Shown here: positions 12,248 to 27,187 of the stretch, piece after piece | Layout: each line of letters begins with the position of its first letter | Numbering within the stretch: the stretch's first letter is position 1 | Source of the DNA: Anaeramoeba ignava BMAN | Lineage: Eukaryota; Protista; Anaeramoebae | Reading direction: 5' to 3' | DNA length: 64,000 nucleotides | Assembly: GCA_028826165.1 (NCBI GenBank) | Contig: JAPDFW010000093.1 | Coordinates: forward strand, 62,001 to 126,000 | Program-made: the position numbers and the translations under genes | The notes under the pieces: model-generated | The model's database searches: none | Seen by the model: only the letters and a program-made list of their open reading frames with translations | Told to the model about the DNA's origin: nothing

Positions 12248-14690
12248 TTAGATTGGATAATCAAAAGTAAATACTGAACCACCATAACCCATAGTGTTTG
12301 CATGAACACTTTTGGTTCCAACACTGAAATAAAGAGAATCACCATCTTCAATAATATCAGCAGCAAAAACAGAACCAGGAGTAGTATAATTATAAAGAAG
12401 AGATTGAGTTTCTAAATCAAAGAGAGCAATAGTAGGAACAATTCCACCGTCTTGACCCCAACTACCAACCATAGCATAATGTCCATCATAAGTGATTTTG
12501 CAAACATAAGGGAGATCTTGAAATTTTCCTGGTTTTTGTGGGAAAGTATAATTGAAAAGTGGTGTTGAACTTTCTTTTGAGTAAACTTCGATCCATTTTT
12601 GATTGAGTTGACTATTTGTCCAAGCTGCAAAAATTTTGGATTCATCTTGTGAAATTGCAACTGCTGCGCAATATTTTTGATAATTTCCGTTAATACTCCA
12701 AAGTTCTGTGTAATTGTTTCCATTGTTAGCAATGATGTGAAGTTCTTCAAATCCATATGCAATTAATCCTCCATCTCCACTTAATGCTGCTGGATAATTG
12801 TCAGCTGGGTTAAGTTGATCTGTCCAAAGAATTTCTCCAGTATGAGCATGAACAACGAATATTTGTTCTCTGTCATTGAATAAAGCTAATTTAGGATTTT
12901 TAAATAAATATTATTCAAATAAATATATTTAAATAAATATTTTTAAATGAATATTTTTAAATGAATATTTTTAAATGAATATTTTTAAATAAATATTTTT
13001 AAATGAATATTTTTAAATAAATATTTTTAAATGGATATTTTTTAAATAAATATTTTTTATTGAATATTATTAAATGAATATTTTTTAAATAAATATTTTT
13101 TAAATAAATATTTTTGGATGTCTTGTTTTGAATATTTTTAAATAAATATTATTAAATAAATATTATTGAATAAATATATTTTAAATAAATATTATTAAAT
13201 GAATATTTTTGAATAAATATTATTAAATAAATATTATTAAATGAATATTTTTAAATAAATATTTTTAAATAAATATTATTGAATAAATATTTTTAAATAA
13301 ATATTTTTAAATGAATATTTTTGGATGTCTTGTTTAAATAAATATTTTTTAAATGAATATTTTTTATTTTAGAAATAATTTATTTTACCAATTGTTCCAT
13401 CATGTGAAATTTCACAATCAATTGCTGAAGTTCCTGATGGAGCAGCAAATTTATTAATCAAAACGCCAGTATCTGCATGGAAAGTATAAATTTCAGCATG
13501 GAATAAATTAGTACCATCAACTTTTGTGATGAACCAAATCAAATATTCGCCTTCAATAGAAATACGAACAGAATCATAATCCCAAATAACTGCATCTGTA
13601 ACTGTATATTCCCAATCAGGTGGAGGAGCTTGATCTGTAGTGTTTGCAGTGTACTTTGAAAGAGTCAAATTTGGAACAACACCTTGTTTGAAACTTTGAA
13701 CATTGACAGATACTCCAAGTGCTTGTGAATTAATTGATCCAATTGCATCAGTCAATACTGTTGTCATTGGTTCTGGTTTTGATCCAAGTTCCCATAATGG
13801 ATTTCCTGATCCTTTAATCTCGAAAAACATTGCAGTTGGTGGAGGATTAATCTAAATAATAAGAATATTTTTTAATCCAAATTAAAATTTATATTTATAT
13901 TTATATTTATATTTATATTTATATTTATATTTATATTTATATTTATATTTATAATTATATTTATATTTAGATTTATATTTATATTTATATTTATATTTAT
14001 ATTTATATTTATATTTATATTTATATTTATATTTATATTAAATATTTATATTTATATTTATATTTATATTTATATTTATATTTATATTTATATTTATATT
14101 TATATTTATATTTATATTTATATTTATATTTATATTTATATTTATATTTATATTTATATTTATATTTATATTTATATTTATATTTATATTTATATTTATA
14201 TTTATATTTATATTTATATTTATATTTATATTTATATTTATATTTATATTTATATTTATATTTATATTTTATATTTATTTATATTTATATTTATATTTAT
14301 ATTTATATTTATATTTATATTTATATTTATAATTATATTTATATTTATATTTATATTTATATTTATATTTATATTTATATTTATATTTATATTTATATTT
14401 AGATTTATATTTATATTTATATTTATATTTATATTTATATTTATTATATTTACACTTGTAGAACCAACAACATAATCATGATCTAAGAAATTCACTCTTT
14501 TGAAAATTGCATATGGTTCATTATGTACCCAAGATAATACATCACTTAATTCAAAATCTGGTTGAACTATGTAATCAATATCATTTGTGAATTTTGTTTT
14601 TGGTTTTTGATTTGCAAATTGTTGAGTTAATTCAAAACAAAGAATGTTTGAAGCAAAAAACAAAATTAAAAGCAAATTAATAAGTTTCAT
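12248..14690 (-). CDS. Secreted beta-propeller (WD40/PQQ-like) protein of unknown function
   Basis: Exons 14454-14690, 13389-13851 and 12248-12885. Signal peptide MKLINLLLILFFASNILC. Repeated blade motifs (ISIEGEY, ISHDGTI, LSGDGGL, ISQDESK, ITYDGHY; LW/LF/LY-xY). Confidence 0.75.
13885..14450. repeat. Intronic (TTATAT)n microsatellite
   Basis: Directly visible. The same hexamer on the opposite strand fills 53960-54960. Confidence 0.9.
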
Positions 14691-14973
14691 TGGTAAGAAT
14701 TATTATTATTCTTCTTTTTTTAATTAAAGGAAAAAAATGAAAAAAAAAATAAAAAGAAAATTTTTTTTTTTGCTTTTTTTTTATTTTAATTAGTCATTTT
14801 TGGAAAAGGTTTGTTAATTAAATTAAATTTCTTTTTATTTTTTCTTTATTTATTATTTATTTATTTGAACTAATCAATTCCAACTTTAATCAATTTTTTT
14901 TTCATTTTTATTTTTTTTTCATTTTTTTCATTTTTTTTTTCCTTTTTATTCTTTTATTGATTAAATTAAAAAA

Positions 14974-17189
14974 ATGGATCAATTAATTCAAAATCAAAAA
15001 GTTCAAATTAAATGCGAATTTAGAAGACAAATTTTTTCTTTTTCAATTAATTTTCCAGCTAAATATGAAGATCTTTTACAAATAATTAATTCAACACCAG
15101 GAATACGTTGGAATAGACATAAATTTATTTTAAAATATCTTGATGATGAAAGTGATGAAATTTCAATTGATTCTACAATGGAATTAAATGAGGCAATTAA
15201 AGTCACTCAACAATTAAAATTATCAGTTTTAAGAATTTTCATAAAAAAACGTAAAAAATTACCAGGAATTAAAATAGAACCTATTTATTCTGATCAAAAA
15301 CCTATACTTCAAAAGCCAATACAAAAAAAAAAACCTCATCATAAAAAATATCACAAAAAAGGAAAGAAAAGAAGAGCTTTTAAAAAGGAAAGATATAGGC
15401 ATGGAATGAAAAATCAAAATAAAAATAAAAATCAAAATCAAAAATCAAAATCAAAATCAAAATCAAATTGAAAATCAAATTGAAAATCAAATTGAAAATC
15501 AAATTGAAAATCAAATTGAAAATCAAATTGAAAATAAAAATCAAAATCAAAATCAAATTGAAAATCAAATTGAAAATCAAATTGAAAATCAAAATCAAAA
15601 TCAAATTGAAAATCAAAATAAAAATCAAAATCAAAATCAAAATCAAAATCAAAATCAAAATCAAAATCAAAATCAAAATAAAAATCAAAATCAAAATCAA
15701 AATCAAATTGAAAATCAAAATAAAAATAAAAATCAAAATCAAAATCAAATTGAAAATCAAATTGAAAATCAAAATCAAAATCAAAATCAAAATCAAAATC
15801 AAAATCAAAATCAAAATCAAATTGAAAAATCAAATTGAAAATCAAAATCAAAATCAAAATCAAAATCAAAATCAAAATCAAAATCAAAATCAAAATCAAA
15901 ATCAAAATCAAAATCAAAATCAAAATCAAAATCAAAATCAAAATCAAAATCAAATTGAAAAAATGAAAATCAAATTTCAAAATCAAAATCAAAATCAATT
16001 TCAATCTGAATCTGAATCTGAATCTGAATCTGAATCTGAATATGAAAATGAATATCAAAATGAAAATGAATATCAAAATGAATATCAAAATGAAAATCAA
16101 AATCAAAATCAAAATCAAAATCAAAATCAAAATCAAAATCAAAATCAAAATCAAAATGAAAATGAAAATGAAAATGAAAATCAAAATGAAAATCAAAATG
16201 AAAATGAAAACAATTTCCAAAAAATTTATCTTCAACAATTAACAAAATATCAACAAAAACTCCACTTTAATTTCTTCTTTTTTTATAAATTGAAAGATAT
16301 TTTATTAGAAAAATATTGGAATATTTACAAATCAAATGAAATCACAAAAGGAGATATTGATCAATTCAAAGATGGATTTATTATTCATCATCTTCATTTA
16401 TTAAAAATTAATCCAGAAATATTCACTCAAACAATCGAAACTTTTTCACAAGAACTTTTAAAAATGAAAGAAAAATCATATCCATTTAGTTTATTTTATG
16501 AAAAGCTATCATATTATATAACAAATTTATATCGATTAGCAAATTCACGATCTTTGAGTGATTTTCAACAAAGTTTATCAGATAACAGTAATTCTTGTTC
16601 ATTTAGATATTGCAAAAATCACAACAATTTGCATCATTTGCATCATTTACATCATTTACATCATTTACATCATTTACATCCTTTTCATCATTTTCATCAT
16701 TTACATCATTTACATGACTTTCAAAATTTTGGTGATTTTTTCAATAATGAAAAATTTCCACAAACAAGACAAGAAAATATTTATAATCCAACACAACAAA
16801 ATGAACTAAATAATCTTCAAGAAGAAAAACCAGAAAAATTTCAACAAACATTAAAGAAAGAATTAAGTTTTGTGAGGCATCTTAATTCGAAAAAAATCAT
16901 TGTGAAACGAAATGAGAAATTTGCTCATGGATGGAGAGTTAAAAATGAAAGTAAATTTATATGGCCAGATGGATTACGTTTAAGATATGGTTTTGGAACT
17001 GATTTCAGACTTGATTCTTCTGTTGATCTTTTAATAAAATCAATTAAACCTGGAGAAACTACTGATATTTTTGTTGAATTTCAAGCTCCAAATTTTACTG
17101 GTAGATTTAAATCAGGCTTTTCTGTTTGTCTTCCTGATGGAAAAACTTTTGGAGATTCACTTTATGTTACAATTTATGTTAAAAATTAA
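14974..17189 (+). CDS. NBR1-like protein: PB1, (QN)/(QIEN) repeat, His-rich tract, FW domain; two frame breaks in the repeat
   Basis: N-terminal PB1 with basic K (VQIKCEF) and OPCA motif (LKYLDDESDEISI). C-terminal FW domain (HGWRVKNESKFIWP...PGETTDIFVEFQAP...FGDSLYVTIYV). Confidence 0.8.
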
Positions 17190-17713
17190 TTTAGGGAAAA
17201 TTTTTTCTTTCTTGTTTTTAAAAAATTTTTTATTTTTTTATTTCAAATTTTTGATTTTCATTTTTCTATTTACGATCTGAAGGATTCCTTTTTACAAAAC
17301 ATTTCTTTATTATTTTATTATTTTTTAAAAAAATTTTTTTTTTTTTTGAATTATAAAATAATAATTTTAAATGCTTTTTGTATTAGATTTTTATTTAAAA
17401 TCCAGATCAAGATTTAAAAATTAAAATAATTGGTAGAAAAGCAACCTCTAAAATAAATTTTAATTATTTATTAATTTAATAATAAAAATAAAAATGTAAA
17501 TATTTTAGATGGCATTCACACAACCAAATAGACATTAATATTTTACAATTTTTTTAAAATAAAACAAAATAAAAAAAGAAAATAAAAACAAAACAAAACA
17601 AAAACAAGAAAACAAAGTCATTTGTTAATGTTTTTTAGAAAAAAACTTTTTTTTCATTTTTTTTATTTTTTCATTTTTTTCTTTTTTCATTTTTTTTTTA
17701 AAAAAACAATTCA

Positions 17714-20700
17714 ATGGTTAAAAGTTTACAAGATATTGTAAGAGGAATAAGAAACAATAAAAAAAGCGAAACACAATACATTTCAACTATTCTTGCTGAG
17801 ATTAAAGAAGAACTAAAAAGTTCAAAAATTGATGTTAAAACAGCAGCAATTCAAAAACTATTGTATCTTCAATTATTTGGTGAAAAAATTGAATGGGCTT
17901 CTTTTTATGTTGTTGAAGTAATGAGTAGTTCACAATTTGGTCAAAAGAGAATTGGTTATGCAGCTGCTGGTCAATCATTTCGTTCAGAAACTGAAGTTAT
18001 TGTTTTATTGACAAATTTATTTAAAAAAGTAATTTAAATAAAAAAAAATTTTTTTTTATTTTTTATTTTTTATTTATTTTTATTTTTAAAATAGGATTTT
18101 TCTAGTCAAAATTTTTATGATGCTGCTTTAGCTCTTAATTGTTTTTCTTGTATTGGAACAGTTGATCTTGCTAGAAATTTAGTTTCTGATGTTGTTACAA
18201 TGACCACATCTTCCAAGTAAATTTAATTTTATAAATTAATTTTAATTTTAATTTTAATTTTAATTTTAATTTTAAATGAATTTTAATTTTAATTTTATTT
18301 TTATAAATTAATTTTAATTTTATAAATGAATTTTAATTTTAATTTTAATTTTAATTTTAATTTTAAATTTTAATTTTAATTTTAATTTTAATTTTATAAA
18401 TAAATTTTAATTTTATAAATTAATTTTAATTTTATAAATGAATTTTAATTTTAATTTTAATATTAATTTTTAAATTTTTTTATTATAAAGACCTTATATT
18501 AGAAAAAGAGCAATTTTAACACTTTATAAAATCTTTGTCAAATATCCTGATGCTTTGAGACCAGTTTTCCCACGTCTTCGTGAAAGATTAGATGATGAAG
18601 ATATTTGTAATAATTTTATTATTAAATTAAAAAATTTAAAAATTTAAAAATGAAAAAATTTTTTTTAATAATAAATAGCTGTTCAAGGAGCTGCAATTAA
18701 TGTTGTTTGTGAATTGGCAAAATCTAATCCAAAGAACTTCTTAGCACTTGCGCCACCTCTTTATCGAAAATTACAAGGTTCTTGCAGTAATTGGATGCTT
18801 ATTAAAATTGTGAAACTTGTAAATATTTTTATTCAATTTAAAATTTAATTTAATTTAATTTATTTCAATTTAATTTAAAATTTAGATGGGATTATTAACT
18901 CCAACAGAACCAAGACTTGCTAAAAAATTAGTTGAACCGATGACAACTATTTTATCTAATGTTTCATCTCCAAGTGTTATTTATGAGACAGTTAATACAG
19001 TAATTACAGGAATGCATCAATACGCAGCACCAGTTCAACTTTGTGTTGAGAAATTAAGAAATTTTGTTGAAAGCAATGATAGAAATTGTAATTAAAAACT
19101 TAATTAAAAAATTAAAAATTAAAAATTAAAAATTAATAATTAATAATTAATTTGTTTTAATAGTAAAATATCTTGGATTGACTGGATTTACTAGACTTGT
19201 TCAACATCATCCAAAACTTATCAGTGGAAACAAAGATATTGTTATCATTTGCTTAGAAGATCAAGATATCATGATTCGATTGAGAGCTTTGGAATTACTT
19301 ACATCAATGGCAACTCGAAGAAATTTAGTTGATATCATTCGTAAACTTTTAGAACATCTTGAAAATGCAGAAGGAACTTATGGAGATGATTTAATTAACA
19401 GAATTCTTGAAATTGGACACAAACAAAATTATGAATTAATTCGAGATTTTGAATGGTTTTTTAATGTTTTAATGAAATTAACTATCAGAAAAGGAACAAC
19501 AGTTGGAGAAAAAATTGCATCAGAAATTATGAATGTGATGATTCGTGTTAAAGCTATTCGAGAATATGGAGTTAAATGCTTAGTATATTAAATTTTAAAT
19601 ATATAAATTTTATTTTCCAATTTTAATTTATAAATTTATAATTTATAATTTTTTTTAGCTTTCGTTAATTAATGATAACAGATTAATTTCTGAAAATGCA
19701 AATGATTCAATGATTGAAGTACTTTATGCTGCTGCTTGGTGTCTTGGTGAATTTTCAGATTTTCTTAGTGATACGGGAGCTAAAACTGCACTTGGTAAAA
19801 TTTTTCCAAAGAATTTCCTTTTATTTTATCAAATCATTAAATTTTTTTCATTTCAAAAAACAAAAACAAAAAACAGAATCATTATTACAAAACCGAATTA
19901 CTTCATTACCTTCAACGATACAAGCTATTTTTATTCAAAATGCAATGAAACTTTATATTCGTATTGCTGCATCTAATAGTGATAAAATGGAAGAAACTGA
20001 TAAAATTATTCTTGAGAAATTACCACTTTTTACACAATCAGTTCATCTTGAAGTTCAAGAAAGAGCTTGTGGATGTCTTGCAGTTATTAAATTGATTCAG
20101 AAGATTAGGAAAGAAGAAGCTGATATTGCATCAGAATTTAAGAAGATATTTACAGAAGAATTGAATCCTGTTGCACCACGAGCTCAAAGAAAGGTTAATA
20201 TTTACAATTTTAAAAATTAATTCAAATAAATTAATTCAAAATAAATTAATCCCAAAATAAATTAATTCAAAATAAATTAATTCAAATAAATTTATTAAAA
20301 ATAAATTAATTAAAAATAAATTAATTCAAAATAAATTAATTCAAATAAATTAATTCAAATAAATTTATTAAAAATAAATTAATTCAAATAAATTTATTAA
20401 AAATAAATTAATTTCAAATAAATTTATTAAAAATAAATTAATTCAAAATAAATTAATTCAAAATAAATTAATTCAAATAAATTAATTCAAAATAAATTAA
20501 TTTCAAAATAAATTAATTCAAATAAATTTATTAAAAATAAATTAATTTCAAATAAATTAATTCAAAATAAATTAATTCAAAATAAATTAATTCAAAATAA
20601 ATTAATTCAAATAAATTAATTCAAAATAAATTAATTCAAAATAAATTAATTCCAAATAAATTCCAAATAAATTAATTTCAAAATAAATTAATTCAAATAA

Positions 20701-23700
20701 ATTAATTCAAAATAAATTAATCCAAATAAATTAATTCAAAATAAATTAATTCAAAAATAAATTAATTCAAATAAATTAATAAAAATAAATTAATTAAAAA
20801 TAAATTAATTCAAAAATAAATTAATCCAAATAAATTAATTTCAAAATAAATTAATTCAAATTAAATTAATTCAAAATAAATTTATTCAAAATAAATTAAT
20901 TAAAAATAATTTAATTCAAATAAATTTATTCAAAATAAATTAATTCAAAATAAATTAATTCAAAATAAATTAATTCAAAAATTAATTCAAAATAAATTAA
21001 TTCAAATAAATTAATTCAAATAAATTAATTTCAAATAAATTAATTCAAAATAAATTAATTCCAATAAATTAATTAAAAATAAATTAATTCAAAATAAATT
21101 AATTCAAAATAAATTAATTCAAATAAATTTATTAAAAAATTAATTAAAATAAATTAAAATAAATTAATTCAAAATAAATTAATTAAAAAATAAATTAGTA
21201 AAAATAAATTAATTAAAAATAAATTAATTCAAAATAAATTAATTCAAAATAAATTAATTAAAAATAAATTAATAAAAATAAATTAGTTCAAATAAATTAA
21301 TTAAAAATAAATTAATTCAAAATAAATTAATTCAAATAAATTAATTCCAAATAAATTAATTCAAAATAAATTAATTAAAAATAAATTAATTCAAAATAAA
21401 TTAATTCAAAATAAATTAATTCAAAATAAATTAATTCCAAATAAATTAATTCAAAATAAATTAATTCCAAATAAATTAATTAAAAATAAATTAATTTCAA
21501 ATAAATTAATTCAAAATAAATTAATTCAAATAAATTTATTAAAAATAAATTAATTCAAAATAAATTAATTCAAATAAATTAATTCAAATAAATTAATTCA
21601 AAATAAATTAATTCAAAATAAATTAATTCAAAAATAAATTAATTCAAAATAAATTAATTCAAAAATTAGGTTCCAATTCCTCAAGGTTTAGATCTTGATG
21701 CTTGGATTAATGAACCACCAAAAGAAGAAAGTGATCATGAAGATGATTATGATGAGGATGATTTCTTTGGAGAAAAGAAAGAAAAAAAAGAAAAAAAACC
21801 TAAACTTTCCAAAAAAGAAAGAAGAAAATTAAAGAAAGAAGAAAAAGAAAGACAAAAACGAGAAAGAGAAGAAAGAGAAGAACAAAGAAGAAACAATCCA
21901 TTTTATTTGAAGACAGGAAAAGCAACATTATTTGGATCAACATCCCAATCAGAATCCAAGGAAGTAGAAGAAATCCCAATTGAAAATGTTGGAGTTTTAG
22001 GAATTGATTTAGGAAATTTATCCATTGAACCAAAAAAGGAAAGTAAATCAAGAAGAAGTCGTCATCGTCGAAGTAAACACAGAAAAGCAGAAGAATCAGA
22101 AGATGAAAAAGTGGAAATTAAAACAGTTTTGGAAATGCCAGATGGAGCTGAAGAATCGGAAGATTCTGGTGAAGAAAAAAATTCAGAACTTGCTGCTTTG
22201 GGAAAAATTGATTTAACAAAACCACAAGAATTTTCTGAAGCTCTTCCAACAATTAAAACTTATCAAGAAACAGAAAAGGAAAGACTTGAACAAAGGAAAA
22301 AATCAAGGAGAAATCAAGAAAATCAAAAGGAGATCATAAGCATAAACATCATCATCACCATCACCATCATCACAAGAAATCAGAAGATAAATCAGAAGAC
22401 AAATCAAAAGATAAACCAAAAGATAAATCAAAAGGAGGAGTTAATGATGAAAAAGATCATAAACACAAGCATAGATCCCATCATCACAAACATAAGCATG
22501 ATGAGCATAAGGATAGTAAATCAAAGAAAGCTGATTCAAAGAAGCCTGATTCTAAAAAATCAACTTCTAAGAAAACTGATTCTAAAAAACCAACTCCAAA
22601 AAAATCAACTTCTAAAAATGAACCTCAATTAATTGATTTTGATTTGATTCAATCTCCTGTTCCTCAATCAAGGATTACTAAATCTCCTGATCAAAAAACT
22701 AAAAAAGCTCCAACCAAATCTCAAGATCCCTTTGATTTTCTTGAATTACTTTCAACTCCAAAAAAATCAGAACAAAAAGCTCAACCCAAAGAAGTTATTA
22801 AATCAAATGATAATCTCCAGAATATTATTAAATCTGATTCTAAAAGTGGATTAGATTCCGATTCAAAAAGTTCTCGTCATCATTCAAAACAGGATAAAAA
22901 GGATCATGATCATAAGCATAAGAAAGATAAAGATGATGAAAAGGACAAGGATAGAAAGCATCATCACCATCATCATCACAAATCCGAAAAAGATTCCAAA
23001 GATTCCAAAGATTCCAAAGGTAATTTTAATTTTTAAATTTTAATTTTAATTTTAAACTTTAAATTTGATTTTAATTTTAAATTTTATAAATAAAGATAAT
23101 TTCGAAATCTTCTTGAAAGAGCGAGATTTAATTGCAGAATGCATCAAAGTTGTTGATCCAAAAAAACCAACAACACTTCAAACAAAAATCAAAGTAACAT
23201 CCAAAAAAAAGCAGATTAGTCGATTAGTTTTACAAGTAATAAAATCCGAAGCAGTTTCACTTGAAAAAGCCAATGAAAAGAATGAAATAGCAGGAGAAAG
23301 AGATTCAGATCAAATGAATCTGGCTTTTAAATTCAAAGAAACGAACATTAATCAAAAAGTAGAAGGAATATTGAAGTACAAATTCAAGGGAAAAAAAGAA
23401 AAACCAAATGAAGTTAATTTTAAGATTCCAATTTTTGCAACTGATTTTGTTGTTCAAACAAAGATTTCAAAAGAAGAACTTGGAGCTCTTCTTTCAGGAA
23501 ATTCATGCACTAAAACTTCATCAACAACTCTTTCCAAAGTTGATTCACTTTCTTTTTCAGATATTATTCAGAAAATTGTTAAGGGAACAAATGCTTTTGT
23601 TATGGAATCTTCGGATTCTGTTGCTAGTCTTTATTCTAAAACTTCTTTAAATCTTCATGCAGTAATGATTGTTCGTTTGAAGAAACCTCAAGTTACAATT

Positions 23701-23766
23701 GATTTACGTGCTTCAGATCAGAAACTTGCTGATTCCATTATTTCTCGAATCAAGGAATTATTTTGA
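17714..23766 (+). CDS. AP3D1: AP-3 complex subunit delta; one frame break near 22300
   Basis: Multi-exon gene. KSLQDIVRGIRNN, QKRIGYAAAGQSF, EPRLAKKLVEP, SVHLEVQERA, ELNPVAPRAQRK|VPIPQGLDLDAWIN, followed by hinge and ear. Confidence 0.95.
20215..21665. repeat. Intronic ~15-bp tandem repeat (AAATTAATTCAAAAT)n
   Basis: Fills the AP3D1 intron 20194-21669. Confidence 0.9.
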
Positions 23767-23779
23767 AGCATTTTCTTTT

Positions 23780-24440
23780 CAAATCAAATCAATTCAAATC
23801 AAATCAATTCAAATCAAATGAAATCAAATCAAATGAAATCAAATTTCAATCTAATTTAATATTCAATTTAATTTTCAATTTAATTTTCAATTTAATATTC
23901 AATTTAATTTTCAATTTAATTTTCAATTTAATATTCAATTTAATATTCAATTTAATTTTCAATTTAATTTTCAATTTTATATTCAATTTAATTTTCAATT
24001 TTCAATTTTATATTCAATTCAATTTTCAATTTAATTTTCAATTTAATTTTCAATTCAATTTTCAATTTAATTCTCAATTTAATTTTCAATTCAATTTAAT
24101 TTTCAATTTAATTTTCAATTCAATTTAATTTTCAATTTAATTTTCAATTTAATTTTCAATTTAATTTTCAATTTAATTTTCAATTTAATATTCAATTCAA
24201 TTTTCAATTTAATTTTCAATTTCAATTTAATTTTCAATTTCAATTTAATTTTCAATTTTATATTCAATTTTATTTTCAATTCAATTTTCAATTTTATATT
24301 CAATTCAATATTCAATTTTCAATTTAATTTTCAATTTAATTTTCAATTTAATTTTCAATTTCAATTTAATATTCAATTTAATTTTCAATTTCAATTTTCA
24401 ATTTAATTTCAATTTAATATTCAATTTAATATTCAATTTC
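23780..24440. repeat. Intergenic ~12-bp repeat (TTCAATTTAATT)n
   Basis: Directly visible, between convergent 3' ends. Confidence 0.9.
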
Positions 24441-24602
24441 AAATTGATTTGATTTTTCAATTTTGATTTGATTTTTCTTTTCATTTTTGATTTGATTTGA
24501 TTTTTCTTTTCAATTTCACTTCTTTTTTTCATTTTTCATTTTGATTTCTTTTCAGTTCCAAAAAATAAAATCAAAAATCAAATTAAATTTCTTTTTTCTA
24601 TT

Positions 24603-25152
24603 TTATTTAAATTCATTTTCTAATGAAAGTAATTTTGCTGTTTTTTGAATTATTTTTCTTCTTGTTTTTTCTTTTTTTTTCCTTTTTTCTTCTTCATCTT
24701 TTATTAAATATATTTTTTTAATTTTATGAATAAAATCTTCTTCTAAAATTGGTTCAAATTCTAAATTATTTTTTTTAATCTCTTCTTCTGAAAAATTTAT
24801 AATTAAATAATAAATTAGTTCTGCTTTTTTTTGTTTAATTTCCAATAAATTTTTTTCATAATTTTTAATTTTTTCATTTAAAAAAGAAAAAATTTGATTT
24901 CGATAATCAATAACAATTTTTAAAGAATTTAAACTTTTTTGAATTTCATTTCTATTTTTAAAAAACAAAACAAAAACAAATTTAGTTTATTTTTATTATT
25001 ATTTTTATTATTTTATTATTTAAATTTAACTTAAGTTGTTCAAAATTTTCTTCTTTTTCATTAAAATTTTCAATCATTTTTTTAATTTTAAAAATATCAT
25101 GAAATGAACCAAAATAATCTTCATTTTCTTCAATAATTTTATTTTCATTCAT
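24603..25152 (-). CDS. Small hypothetical coiled-coil protein (~155 aa)
   Basis: ATG at 25152 (MNENKIIEENEDYFGSFHD). A phase-2 GT-AG intron (~25030-24952) joins in frame to ORF 24603-24968. Confidence 0.55.
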
Positions 25153-25403
25153 TTCAAATTAAAATAAAAAAGAAAAAAAATGAAAAATCCAAAAATGAAA
25201 AAAAATATTTTTTTTTGAGGAATTTTTATTTATTCCATTTTTTTTTTTAAATTGAATTCAGAGAAAAAAAGAGGAACGCAAAAAAACAAAGAAAGAAAGA
25301 AAGAAAGAAAAAAACAAGAAGAAAAAAAAAGAGAGAAGAATGAAAAGAAAGCGAAGAAAGAAAGAAGTAAAAAAAAAAGAAGGAAGAAAGAAAAAAAAAA
25401 GCA

Positions 25404-26936
<1,533 letters not shown>

Positions 26937-27187
26937 TTTGTTTTGTTGTTTTTGTTGTAAAAATTTGTAAAAAAAAAGATTGAAGAAATGTGAAAAAAAA
27001 AATGAAAAAAATGAATTTTTTTATTTTCTCTTTTTTTTTTATTTTCTTTTAATAAAAATAAATGACGAATCCTTTTTATTTTTTTTTTTTATTTTTTTTT
27101 TATTTATTTCTTAATACGTCATTTACAGTCATTTATTATTTTATTTTTTATTTTTATTAATTTTTTTTTAAAATTACTAATCTTTTT

